Assembly (NCBI GenBank): GCA_050294405.1
Contig: JBNKOC010000009.1
Location: 32,001-96,000, forward strand
DNA length: 64,000 bases
From: Fibrobacteria bacterium
GTDB lineage: Bacteria; Fibrobacterota; Fibrobacteria; UBA11236; JADFYW01
Reading direction: 5' to 3'
Shown: one piece after another, positions 18,812 to 29,600 of the stretch
Layout of the letters: every line of letters starts with the position of its first letter
How positions within the stretch are numbered: the stretch's first letter is position 1
Position numbers and translations under genes: made by a program
Notes under the pieces: model-generated
Databases searched by the model: none
What the model was told of the DNA's origin: nothing
Seen by the model: only the letters and a program-made list of their open reading frames with translations

Positions 18812-20413
18812 TTATAATATAGTTAAGGATTTTTTTATGGAATAAGGAAATTGCGGAGATAGCCATTCCACCCAATACTTTCCGCTTTGCAATTTTTTTG
18901 TTTTTCCCGATAACTCCACTTTGGATTCTGCTTTTAACTGGAAAATCTTATGTCCTTTTGCGTTATATATATTTATTATCCCATCCACATTTTGCGCTTT
19001 AAGTCTGATGACCAAATTTCCTGAATTACTGGAATAGCTAGAAGGGAAAATAAGCTCTGGAGAACTCCCCTTAAAAGATTTGATGCTAATTATGCCTGAA
19101 TTGACATTGTTTTCCAAGGGAATTCCCACCAGGGCATTTGCCTGGTCATTTATATATTCTTCGATGTTAGTATATCCATCGGCATCGTGGTCCAGATTGT
19201 AATCTTCTCCATCCTCAGAATCAAAACCCATTTCATCTTCCCAAACATCAGGCATACCATCTTTGTCCGCATCGGCAAAAGGTTCATCCCCGCTTTCAAT
19301 TAAGGGGTCATCAATTTTCCTTAGTTGACCGGTTCCTGCATTAAATTCGCCCACTGTTCTGGTATTCATAGGATCTCTGGGCCACACGCCAACCCGGCTT
19401 AAAACAGCGATTAATGACTCCTGAACAGGCAGGGTTGTGACTTCGGGGGTGGGGAAGGGTTCATCCACAATAAGCGGCTCAGAATATCTTAAATCAAGAA
19501 CATCGGTAGAACTCTCTCCATTTTTTTGAATCCAAAAATTATCCGCCTCGTAGACTTCCGCACAGTCTCTTAAGTTTACCGGGGCAGTTTCTCCTGAGCA
19601 ATCTTCCTCTGTATCCGGTCCGGCTTTAAAATAATTTCCAACTACATTCCATTGAACGGTGCTCCCACATTTATCAATGGGAAGGAAACGACAGGTTTCG
19701 CTGTTATAGGCCACATTGTTTCTGTAATCTATTAATCCATTATCCGGGGGACCTTCATTTTCCCAATGCATATGAGGACCACCGCGGGTGACGTGGTGGG
19801 CGAAGAAATTGTGATGAAGGCTTATATGAGAAGTGGGAGGATAAGCCAATAGCATTCCGTAGGTTTGTCCCTCGCCTGAATTGGCGATAGTTGACCAGGA
19901 AACGGTAAAATGATGGGAGTAAGTTATATCAAAGGCTTCATCACTTGCTCCCGAAAAATCACAGTGATCGACTACAATGTTATGGACCTCGTTAAATGAG
20001 ATGTTATCATAATTTCCATCACCTCTAAATCTGATGAATCGAAATACGGCATCGTGAAAGCCTTCTTTGTAGGACTGCATGGTTGTGCCGTGGGTTTGTT
20101 TAAGGGTGATTCCCCCTGGGGATGTTTGACCAGCCACAGTAACATAGGAGTGTTCTTCGGCAAGTCCGGTAATATCTGGATCGACAATCACGCCAGATAC
20201 TTGAAAGACAATAATTCGAGGTTCTGGAGTTAACATGGCTTCTGAAAATGAACCAGGCCCCGAAGAATTTAAATTACTGACAATGATAACTTTTCCCCCG
20301 CGTCCGCCTGGAGTATCTGTGCCCCAACCTTGCGCACCGGAAAAAGCGGGTAAAGTCCATGTATTGTTCATGGAAAAAGCAAATAATATGGTAAATAAGT
20401 ATGAGTGTTTCAT
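18812..20413 (-). CDS. Pectate lyase (PL1-like) with C-terminal sorting domain
   Basis: PAFSGAQGWG..TPGGRGG, SGPGSF, TVAGQTSPGG, VDHCDFS, DADKDGMPDVWE. Confidence 0.88.
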   Translation of the reverse strand: MKHSYLFTILFAFSMNNTWTLPAFSGAQGWGTDTPGGRGGKVIIVSNLNSSGPGSFSEAMLTPEPRIIVFQVSGVIVDPDITGLAEEHSYVTVAGQTSPGGITLKQTHGTTMQSYKEGFHDAVFRFIRFRGDGNYDNISFNEVHNIVVDHCDFSGASDEAFDITYSHHFTVSWSTIANSGEGQTYGMLLAYPPTSHISLHHNFFAHHVTRGGPHMHWENEGPPDNGLIDYRNNVAYNSETCRFLPIDKCGSTVQWNVVGNYFKAGPDTEEDCSGETAPVNLRDCAEVYEADNFWIQKNGESSTDVLDLRYSEPLIVDEPFPTPEVTTLPVQESLIAVLSRVGVWPRDPMNTRTVGEFNAGTGQLRKIDDPLIESGDEPFADADKDGMPDVWEDEMGFDSEDGEDYNLDHDADGYTNIEEYINDQANALVGIPLENNVNSGIISIKSFKGSSPELIFPSSYSSNSGNLVIRLKAQNVDGIINIYNAKGHKIFQLKAESKVELSGKTKKLQSGKYWVEWLSPQFPYSIKKSLTIL

Positions 20414-20683
20414 GGCTTTATTATATTATTTTTGATGTTGCTATCCCAACCATTCTCTTTCAAAACTTTTTCAGAAATATTTTTTAACACCCTGCTGAAT
20501 TAGTTGCAGAGTTTGGTTCAGGGCTGTGCGTTCTAAAATAGGGGAGTTTTAGGCAGCTCGTTAAGGATGGAATTTTAAAAACAAATAGTTTAAAATAATT
20601 AAACAAAATTTCTACGCAAATGGCAATTAGGAAGGCTATTCTGGATACAATCCCTAAATTTATTTGAGGGAGGGGAACCTATT

Positions 20684-22717
20684 TTGAAAATTTCAATTTT
20701 ATGCCGGATTGGCAGTTTTTGCCTTTTTTCCTTTAGTTTGACCGTTGGCCAGCGTCAGATGGAAGGCATCGATAGGGGAGCTATTTGTTTCAGGGATGGT
20801 GGAGCGAATATTATCAGCTGGAGAATGCTGGGTACGGAAGCCTATTCAGATGCTTTTAACCTATATCTGAATGGAGAAAAAATAAATTCGGAGCCCATTG
20901 AAAATGCCACCATGTTCAGACATAACGGGGCATCCCAAAATTCCATCTATAGCATTGAAAAAATCACTGAGGAAATGGCTGTTATGGTTGCGGAGGATGT
21001 GGAATGCCAGGAATCAAATTTTATTCGTATTCCCCTGAAAACCCTGAATGGAAATGTTCCCAACGACGCTAGCATCGGAGACCTGGATGGTGACGGCCAA
21101 TTCGAATTGGTGCTTAAGCAGGAAATGAATCCGCAGGATAATTCAAATGGGGGTTATACCGGTGAGACCAAATTGGAAGCCTATGAATTTGATGGAACTT
21201 TAATGTGGCGGATTAACATGGGCAAAAATATAAGAGAGGGAGCCCATTACACTCAGTTTATTGTTTACGATTTTGATGGTGACGGCAAAGCGGAGCTGGC
21301 TGCAAAAACTGCTGATGGAACTATTGATGGCAAAGGAACGGTTATTGGAAATGCGCAAGCGGATCATAGAAATTCCGACGGTTACATCATGAAAGGACCT
21401 GAGTTTTTAACCATGTTCGATGGCGAAACGGGAGAAGCCCTTTCAACAGTTGATTATATCGTTCCCAGAGGAGATGTATGTGAATGGGGCGATCCCAATT
21501 GCACTGTATATGCAAATCGGGTTGATAGATTCTTGGGGGGAGTAGCCTATTTAAATGGTGAAAAGCCAAGTCTTATTATGTCCCGAGGCTATTATACCCG
21601 CACCGTAATTGCAGCCTGGGATTTTGACAATAAAGAATTGAAATCAAGGTGGGTATTTGATACTAAACAAAATGGACGTAGAAATTATGAAGGGCAGGGT
21701 AACCACCAAATAAGTATTGCTGATGTTGATGAAGACGGCAAAGATGAAATTGTATTCGGAGCTATGGTGGTAGATGATAACGGGGAAGGGTTATACTCAA
21801 CTGGACTTGGCCATGGAGATGCTTTACATGTAAGTGATTTAGTTCCAGGCCGCCCCGGGTTGGAGGTTTTCGATATTCAGGAAAGAGTCGATAATGAGGG
21901 CGCTCATTTGAGAGATGCAAGAACAGGTGAATTGCTTTTTACCTTACCATCGAGTAGTTCCAGTAATGAAGGGCCAGGAAGAGCTATGGCCGCAGATGTT
22001 GATGCGAGGTATCCTGGCGCAGAGTACTGGGTGTCTGGTGGCGGAATATCCGGTATGTTTAATGCGAATGGGGAGCGAATTGGAAACACGCCTCAATCTG
22101 TTAATTTTGCTATTTGGTGGGATGGCGATTTAAGCCGTGAGTTGCTAAATAGCAATGTTGTACAAAAAGTAGGGGTAAATGACCCCATTTTTACGGCCAA
22201 CGGATGTACTTCCAACAACGGAACAAAAAGCACACCCGCTTTAAGCGCAGATTTGTTTGGCGATTGGCGAGAGGAAATCATCCTTAAGTGCGGGAACAAC
22301 GAATTGAGAGTGTTTTTATCTCCCTACGAAACCCAGTATAAATTTCCCACACTGCTCCATGACCCCCTATACAGAATTGGCATTGCCTGGCAAAATGTAG
22401 CCTACAATCAACCGCCCCACACCAGTTTCTTTTTAGGCAATGATATGGAATACCCTATTCCCAATCCGGATATATATTTGACTGATGTAAAGACCCAAAA
22501 AAGAGTTTACGCACATAAAAAATCTCAATTATTGGTCTGGTCAAATGAAGAAGGAATTATCAGAATACCCGCTGCTTTTTCCGGATATACGTCTTTTGCT
22601 GTTTATAACATTAAAGGAAAGATGCTGGGAGTATATTCTGCAAACCCGGGAAAAGTCACTTTAAATTATCCGGATTTTGGGAAAAATCAATTACATATTT
22701 TGAAAAAGATTTATTGA
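20684..22717 (+). CDS. Rhamnogalacturonan lyase (PL11, YesW/YesX-like)
   Basis: NIREGAHYTQFIVYDFDGDGKAE, RGYYTR, GQGNH, GHGDALH, WQNVAYNQPPH. Confidence 0.93.
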   Translation: MKISILCRIGSFCLFSFSLTVGQRQMEGIDRGAICFRDGGANIISWRMLGTEAYSDAFNLYLNGEKINSEPIENATMFRHNGASQNSIYSIEKITEEMAVMVAEDVECQESNFIRIPLKTLNGNVPNDASIGDLDGDGQFELVLKQEMNPQDNSNGGYTGETKLEAYEFDGTLMWRINMGKNIREGAHYTQFIVYDFDGDGKAELAAKTADGTIDGKGTVIGNAQADHRNSDGYIMKGPEFLTMFDGETGEALSTVDYIVPRGDVCEWGDPNCTVYANRVDRFLGGVAYLNGEKPSLIMSRGYYTRTVIAAWDFDNKELKSRWVFDTKQNGRRNYEGQGNHQISIADVDEDGKDEIVFGAMVVDDNGEGLYSTGLGHGDALHVSDLVPGRPGLEVFDIQERVDNEGAHLRDARTGELLFTLPSSSSSNEGPGRAMAADVDARYPGAEYWVSGGGISGMFNANGERIGNTPQSVNFAIWWDGDLSRELLNSNVVQKVGVNDPIFTANGCTSNNGTKSTPALSADLFGDWREEIILKCGNNELRVFLSPYETQYKFPTLLHDPLYRIGIAWQNVAYNQPPHTSFFLGNDMEYPIPNPDIYLTDVKTQKRVYAHKKSQLLVWSNEEGIIRIPAAFSGYTSFAVYNIKGKMLGVYSANPGKVTLNYPDFGKNQLHILKKIY

Positions 22718-24441
22718 TCCTCTTCATTGACAAAGTAATTGAATGTTTCGTGTTCATGGTGATGGATGATTTCAAATAAACCTGCTGCGGTTTTTGCCTT
22801 AAATAATTGCTCTCTGATATGCTTGTTTTCAACAAGCTTTACAATTTCAGCTAACACTTTTAAATGTTTAGTGCCTTTTTTCTTAGGGGTTAAAAGCATT
22901 ATCATCAGGTAAACTGGTTTTCCATCAGGAGCATCGCACTCCAAGCCATTGGGAATCAGTCCAATAGCACCCAGAATATCATCCGCTCCTTCTGAAACAA
23001 TTCCATGAGGTATAGCTATTCCATCGCCAAGAGCGGTGCTTTGTTCCTTTTCCCGTTCAAGAACAATGGATTCAAAGTGTTCCAGGTTATCCATGGATAA
23101 ATTATGAGAACGGATTAAAAATCGAACTAACTCCTGTATTGCTTCTTCCTTGGTAGTGGCCTTCAGGTTGGGGTGAATAAACTCTTCTCCCAGGAAGGAA
23201 ATGATTTTTTCCCTGTCCTGCCCGGCTTCTCCGGATTTATTTAATGAAAATTTAACAAGTATGGGTCCGATAAATTCATTGATGTTTACAGAAACCAGAA
23301 CTATGGCAGTTAATAAGCCCATATAAGGCTTGAGCTCTTCAATTTGATATGCAAGTACAATTAACCCTATGGATAGACCTGCCTGGGGCAAGGTAGTAAG
23401 GCCTAAAAAGTTTCGAATTCTTTTGGGGCTCCGTGTAATAAAACTCCCCAGGTAAGAACCTATATATTTGCCTCCAAATCGGGCAATTATAAAACCCATA
23501 ATGTATAGAGCTGCCGGTTGAAAACTTGAAAAATTTACATGGGTTCCAGCCAGGCCGAAAAATAAAACAATAATCAGATGTTGGATATCTTCAAAAGTAT
23601 TTATAATGCTCGCTCTGTGTGTCCCAGAATTGGATATGTAAATACCCATAAACAAGCAGGGCATCATAGGGTTTATCTTAAGGGCCAGGCAAATTCCGGC
23701 AGTCGCCATTATTAAAAAAAAGACACCGGTGAGCATTTCTCCCGGGTGACTGGAAAATTTAGCAGCTAACCGCTTAAGGCTATAGCCCATAATCCAGGCA
23801 ATAAATCCTCCTAAAACCAATTCCCTGCCACTTATCAAAAGGGAGTTGTAAAGCCTAATTAAAACATCTTCTTTACCAGAATGGGAGTGGCCAATAAAAT
23901 TTAAGGTAAAACCAAAAAGGATGATACAAGCCACATTGTTAATAGCCACCATTGGCAGTAATGTGTTGATGAGGGTTCCTTTTGCCTTTGTTTCCTGAAC
24001 CAGGGTGATGGTAGTGGCAGGAGCTGTTTCCAAAGCAATAGCTGCTAATAAGAAGGAAACATAAGGGGATAGTTCGAAGAAATAAAAACAGAGCGCAAAG
24101 ACAAAACCAAAAGTAAGGCTGATTTCAAAAAAGGAGGTGATAAAAATTCGGCGCCCTGAATTTTTCAGCTTATGGAAGTTTATATGAGTCCCTATTGTTA
24201 AGGACATTAATCCCAAAGCGATGTAATTTATTATCTCGAGGGTCTCATTTGTTTTTTCGCTGATTAGGTTTAGGATGTCGTGGCCCATAAAGACTCCGCC
24301 AGCCATGTAACCTAAAATAGATGGAAGCCTTAGTTTTTTGGCAATTTCACCAAATATCAAACAGAAAAAAATAAGTAGTGGAACGGAGGACATTAGCCCT
24401 CCATCTCTCACAAAGTTCTGAAATTCTTTGAGTTCTTCCAC
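22711..24441 (-). CDS. Cation:proton antiporter fused to a PTS EIIA (Ntr/Fru-type) domain
   Basis: Many TM helices with TAPA and LPQAGLSIGL motifs; C-terminal EREKEQSTALGDGIAIPH. Confidence 0.88.
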   Translation of the reverse strand: MEELKEFQNFVRDGGLMSSVPLLIFFCLIFGEIAKKLRLPSILGYMAGGVFMGHDILNLISEKTNETLEIINYIALGLMSLTIGTHINFHKLKNSGRRIFITSFFEISLTFGFVFALCFYFFELSPYVSFLLAAIALETAPATTITLVQETKAKGTLINTLLPMVAINNVACIILFGFTLNFIGHSHSGKEDVLIRLYNSLLISGRELVLGGFIAWIMGYSLKRLAAKFSSHPGEMLTGVFFLIMATAGICLALKINPMMPCLFMGIYISNSGTHRASIINTFEDIQHLIIVLFFGLAGTHVNFSSFQPAALYIMGFIIARFGGKYIGSYLGSFITRSPKRIRNFLGLTTLPQAGLSIGLIVLAYQIEELKPYMGLLTAIVLVSVNINEFIGPILVKFSLNKSGEAGQDREKIISFLGEEFIHPNLKATTKEEAIQELVRFLIRSHNLSMDNLEHFESIVLEREKEQSTALGDGIAIPHGIVSEGADDILGAIGLIPNGLECDAPDGKPVYLMIMLLTPKKKGTKHLKVLAEIVKLVENKHIREQLFKAKTAAGLFEIIHHHEHETFNYFVNEEDQ

Positions 24442-24580
24442 AGTATAAAAATCAAAAATATAAGTTTTTGAGAGCCAATTATTAACAGCTTACTTCATGC
24501 TAGATTATAAAAAAGCTAGGAAAAATGGAATTTCCGATAAAATGGGGGTTTTTGTGACGCTGTACCTCATATAAATATTT

Positions 24581-24940
24581 TCAAGATTTTAATTTATTAA
24601 TTAAAACTTCCATAAGAGACTGGGTGTTGGCGATTTTGCCAAGCTCAGTCGCGTTTAAGATGATATGAATACTTGGATCTTTTGCTAAAACACAGGGGTA
24701 ATTATCCAGTTTTCCAAAGCTCTTTTCGTATTCATCTTTATGGTAAAAGTGAAATGACCATTGTGGGTTTTCATTCTGGAATTTTTTCCAAATTTTATTT
24801 CCTGAAAAGTGCCCGTGTGTGAGCTTACATAAATCGCAGGAATAAGTGGAGGGCATTAATATTTTATGGGCTATATCAATCATGGCATTGAGTTTGCCGC
24901 TATTAGCGTTATATACAAAAATAAGTTCTTTGGTTTCCAT
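24581..24940 (-). CDS. Conserved hypothetical protein (thioredoxin-like CxxC)
   Basis: LIFVYNANSG...SCDLCKLTHG; start coupled to the rlmI stop. Confidence 0.6.
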   Translation of the reverse strand: METKELIFVYNANSGKLNAMIDIAHKILMPSTYSCDLCKLTHGHFSGNKIWKKFQNENPQWSFHFYHKDEYEKSFGKLDNYPCVLAKDPSIHIILNATELGKIANTQSLMEVLINKLKS

Positions 24941-26136
24941 TAATTTATCTGGCAAAGCAAGCCCTTAAGATAAAGCCCCTCTGGAAAATTTAGCCCAACA
25001 CTGTGGCAAAAATTCTGAGAGAGATGCTTTAATATTTTGGCGTTTTGGCCCGCATCGAGAGCTGCATCGAAAACAATTTTTTGGAAAAGATCTCTGGTCA
25101 TTAAACCGGAGCAGGAAAATGTAAACAATAACCCACCTGGATTTAACAATTGGAAAGCCAGTAAATTAATATCCTTGTATCCTCTGCATCCCTTATTGAA
25201 ACTTGATTTTGAGTCGATAAACTTTGGCGGGTCTAAAATGATTACATCATATTTTTGGTTTTGCCCAACTGCTTTTCTCAGGAACTGGAAAACATCTCCT
25301 TTTACAGAACTACACAATGAAGGAGAAATGTGATTTAGCGTTTGGTTTTTTTGACTGAGTTTTAATACTTCTTCTGAGGTATCCACTTCCGTAATCTCTT
25401 TTGCACCGCCTATGGCGCTGGCTACGGTAAATCCGCCGGTGTAAGAAAAACAGTTTAGTACGGATTTATTTTGAACAAAACCTTTCACAATGTTTCGGTT
25501 TTCAGTCTGGTCTAGATAAAACCCTGTTTTATGCCCTGCTTCCAAATCTACCAAAATCTGATATCCATTTTCATTTATAATAAGTTCATTTTCAGGCTTA
25601 TTCCCATACAACCATTCTGTAACTTTTTTTAGCCCTTCTTTTTTACGGGAGGATGTATCTGATCGGTTTATGATAGCCTTTGGTTTTATAACTTTAACCA
25701 ATGCCTTTATTATTTTTTCCTTGAAGAATTCGGCTCCGGTGGCATTTATTTGAATACTGACATATCCCTCGTAGTAATCTGCAATAAAGCCGGGGATGCC
25801 GTCATTTTCTCCGTTTACAATTCTAAAAGAGTGGTTATTCCAATTTGTACCTAAAATTGAGGCTTTTTGCTCCCAACAAGATTGGATAATTCTTTGGAAA
25901 AAAGCGCCATCTATGGAGTCTTCAGTATTAAAACTCCATACCCTAACTCTAATTTGGGAAGCAGGAGAAAAAGAACCTAAAGCCAAGGGCCTTTTTTTAG
26001 AACTCTGCACCAATACAACCTCTCCGGGTAAAATTTTACTGGAGTTGCTAATGTTAAGGATAGCTCCTGAAAATACCCAAGGGTGTTTTAATAGCAGGGA
26101 TTTTTCCCTGCCTGGTTTAAGCGTAACGATGTTCAT
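24940..26136 (-). CDS. rlmI: 23S rRNA m5C1962 methyltransferase RlmI family
   Basis: HPWVFSGAI PUA domain, GHKTGFYLDQ, VLNCFSYTGGF, ILDPPKF, TFSCS. Confidence 0.92.
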   Translation of the reverse strand: MNIVTLKPGREKSLLLKHPWVFSGAILNISNSSKILPGEVVLVQSSKKRPLALGSFSPASQIRVRVWSFNTEDSIDGAFFQRIIQSCWEQKASILGTNWNNHSFRIVNGENDGIPGFIADYYEGYVSIQINATGAEFFKEKIIKALVKVIKPKAIINRSDTSSRKKEGLKKVTEWLYGNKPENELIINENGYQILVDLEAGHKTGFYLDQTENRNIVKGFVQNKSVLNCFSYTGGFTVASAIGGAKEITEVDTSEEVLKLSQKNQTLNHISPSLCSSVKGDVFQFLRKAVGQNQKYDVIILDPPKFIDSKSSFNKGCRGYKDINLLAFQLLNPGGLLFTFSCSGLMTRDLFQKIVFDAALDAGQNAKILKHLSQNFCHSVGLNFPEGLYLKGLLCQIN

Positions 26137-26167
26137 GTATTGTGTTTTATGTAAAAGGAGCCCTTAA

Positions 26168-26623
26168 TTATTTCTTAACATTGGATTCGTAAATTTGAAT
26201 CCACATTTTTGGAGTTATTTTTTTACAAAGCTGGGCTATAAGTTTATGGGGAATGTTTTCTGGTTTTTTAAAGCGAATGCAGCTTTTTCCCATATCTAAT
26301 TTTTGTGGAACCTGCTTAGCGTATTCCATTTGAAACCAGTTTAATAATTCGGGGTTAGCATATATGCCCATATGGTAGAATCCAATAAAATTTTTTTGGA
26401 GAGCAAGGTTAATAAAAGGCAAGGGTAATTTTGGATCGCAATGGTATCCAGGGGGATATAGGGAATGGGGGACAACATAACCAAGCATTCCGTAATTCAT
26501 GGTTTCCTCAAAGCCTTTTGGCAAGCTTTTTAAAACCGTATTTCTTAACTTCAAGAAGTCTTCGCGCTTGTCAGCAGGTAATGCTTTTATGTATTCATCA
26601 GCTGTTTTGGCAGGATATTTCAT
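26168..26623 (-). CDS. DUF1801 domain protein
   Basis: YGMLGYVVPHSLYPPGYHCDP, DMGKSCIRF. Confidence 0.85.
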   Translation of the reverse strand: MKYPAKTADEYIKALPADKREDFLKLRNTVLKSLPKGFEETMNYGMLGYVVPHSLYPPGYHCDPKLPLPFINLALQKNFIGFYHMGIYANPELLNWFQMEYAKQVPQKLDMGKSCIRFKKPENIPHKLIAQLCKKITPKMWIQIYESNVKK

Positions 26624-26647
26624 GCAAGCAATTTATAAAATTTTCCA

Positions 26648-29600
26648 TTAGTTGCTAATGCTAAAAACATCGCTGTTTCCAAAAATATTTCCGCTAATTC
26701 GGCTAATAACACGGATAAAATATTCCGTGCCAGCGGTTGTAGAAGCTGGCACTACCCAAATATGCTCTCCGGAATTTACAACATTGGCAGAAATGGTTTC
26801 CACCACCCCTCCTGAATTGTATAAAAATAAATCGACCCTTCCCCCCAGGTCCACTTGGGTGTCCCAGGTAATACTTACCGAATCTCCGGCGGAAAAATCG
26901 GACCCGGCAATGGGGGCGCTTACGTTTAATTGCACATCTCCAGAGCTGATTTCATTTAACTCAATGTTATAGGAACCTCTTCTGGAACTTTCTAATTTCA
27001 GATACAATTCCGTCCCTGAGGCGTTAAACCAGCTGAAGGTAACGTTTGAATCCAAACCACTGGTATTAACCTGGGCCAGGCTGGTAAGGCCTTCATCGGA
27101 GTATAAGTTCAATCGTGGATATATACTACCGGTAACAGTAAAGCTATAAATATTATCCGGGGAAGCACTGATAAAAAACCAGTCTACATCAGAAAGACTC
27201 AGAGAGTGGGATTCTTCAACTCCACTTTGCAGTTCGTGAGCTAAAGAAGCCGAATCATCAATTTCATATGAATCAAGGGGAATTCCACTAATGGCAAAAC
27301 CCTCACTATAGCTCTTAATATTAGTATTAGCGTAATTTTCCATAAGGATTGAGTATTTGTCGGAAGAGGCGAGACCGTCTGGTGGAGTATAACTAAATTC
27401 GCCATTGTTATTGGCCCTGGAACTAATTGTGGCGATGGCTTTTTGATTATACATTAAAGTTAGCCGTACATGGCTTCCAAATAAAAGGGAATCTGTATCC
27501 CATTGAATATCATAAGGAGACCCTGTAGACCATGTTGCTGAACTGGTCGGATTTGTAAACATATTTTCCGCTGGGTCATGTTCCACAATAGCAATATCAT
27601 ACATTCCAAAATAAGAGCTGGAAACCGGCAGGGTTCGCAAAAATAAGTATTCTTCACTTGTGTTGGTATATACCATTTGTATATTTGTTCCCGTTTTATA
27701 ATCTAACTGGGTTGTGCTGGACTCAGGTTGCAAATAGCCCCGAATAGAAAACTCTGAACTAATATTAATGACGTAAGTTTTTTGAGCCTGAACTTGAAAG
27801 TAAAACCAGTCCTCATCTTGGTAGCTTATTGAGGCTCCCTGAGCACTTCCATCAGTTAATAATTCTTTTCCATTTTCCTTTGTATTATTCTGCTCGTATT
27901 TATCTTGGGCTATGCCTGAAATAGAAAATTTTTCACTTAACGCAGAAATGTTTTGGTTGCTGTAATTAACTATTTTTATCTGATAGTTATTTCCAGTGGC
28001 CATTCCGTTTGGAATAGTCCAGGAGTAATTTCCAGAATTATTGCTACTGCTTGCAATGCTTAGTAATTGGAGAGAATCTTGCATCAGGAAGATTCGAACC
28101 AGGCTTCCAAACAAAGTTGAGTCCGGTGTCCATTGAATATCGTATTGGGACCCTGTTGACCAAGTGCTTTCTGTGGTGGGGTTGGCGAAATTAAGCACGT
28201 TTTCGGGATCGTACTCCCGGATAATTAGATTATAATCCCCAAAATACGAGCTGGATAATCCATATATTCTTAATCTTAACTTCTGAGCTTCTTCATTCTG
28301 GTGGAAAATTTGAATGTTTGTTCCTGTTTGATATTCCAATGAGGTAGTGGTGGATTCTGGGTATACATATGCTCTGACATTTACATCACCCACTATGCTT
28401 ATGGCGTAATAAGTATTCTCTTTTGCCGAGAATATAAACCAATCCTGATCATTTGCAGTTAGGGAAAGTTCGTGTTCCTCGCCATCTGAGTTTATTTCTG
28501 CTACTTCTTCAGGGCTGTTGTTTGGCTCAAATTTATCCTTGTTTATGCCTGCAATAGTGAATTCGGAGCTGTACCCAAAAATTTGGGAGTTAGTAGAGTT
28601 TTCCAGTTTAATTTTATAGTCATTTCCTGTTTCCAACCCACCAGGCAGCGACCAGGAAATTTGCCCATTGTTTTCAATAGCAGTGCTAATATCCATTAAT
28701 TCTTCATCATTTTTCATTAAAGTCAATCGAACAGCATTCCCAAATATTGCCGAATCAGCCTTCCACTGGATGTTGTATTCAGTTCCTGCTACCCAGGCTG
28801 AAGCCTCGCTTGGATTTACAAAAGTAACAATGGAATCCGGGTTGTATTCGCGAATAGCTAAACTGTAATTTCCGTAGCTGGAAGAGTTTCTTCCATATAT
28901 CCGAACAAAAAATATTCCGTCTTCCGGAGCTTCCCAAATTGTGGAGTAAATAGAGTAAGAAATGCTTGCAATGGGGTCATCTTCAGATTCATTGTAAATT
29001 TCTTTATTTATTTGGATGTTATTGGAAGTGGAAATTATGTACATATTACCGCTGTCCGCAGAAAACTTAACCCAATCCTCATCATTTAAGGTCAGGGAAT
29101 GGGACTCGGTAATTTTAAAATCTATGGTAGTGGCTGTTTCCTTGGAGCTGTCTGGTTCGTGTTTATCCTTCTCCAAACCATTAATAGTGAACTCTTCAGA
29201 ATAAAATTTTAGTCCTGGGTCCTGAACGCTTGCAATTTCGATTTGATAATTATCTCCGGTTTCAAGGTAAGCGGGTATAGACCAGGATTGGGAGCCATCA
29301 TCAGAACTATTAGTGGTTAGACTTAAAATTTGCTCTTCATTTTTTACCAATTTAATGGAGACTCCGGTGCCGATATTGCCTTCGGTTTCCCAAAGAATTT
29401 CATAGATACTTCCCGACTCCAATTCTTCAGATGCTTCGGGAGCGGTAATGGTTATTGTTCCATCGTATTCAGAAAGAATTGAAAATTTTTCACTTAATCC
29501 AAAAATACCCCCGTCCTGCACACTTGCTATTTCAATATAATAGTCATCTCCAGAACCTAATGTTGTGTTTATCCCTGACCAACTGTGAGAGCCATCGTTT

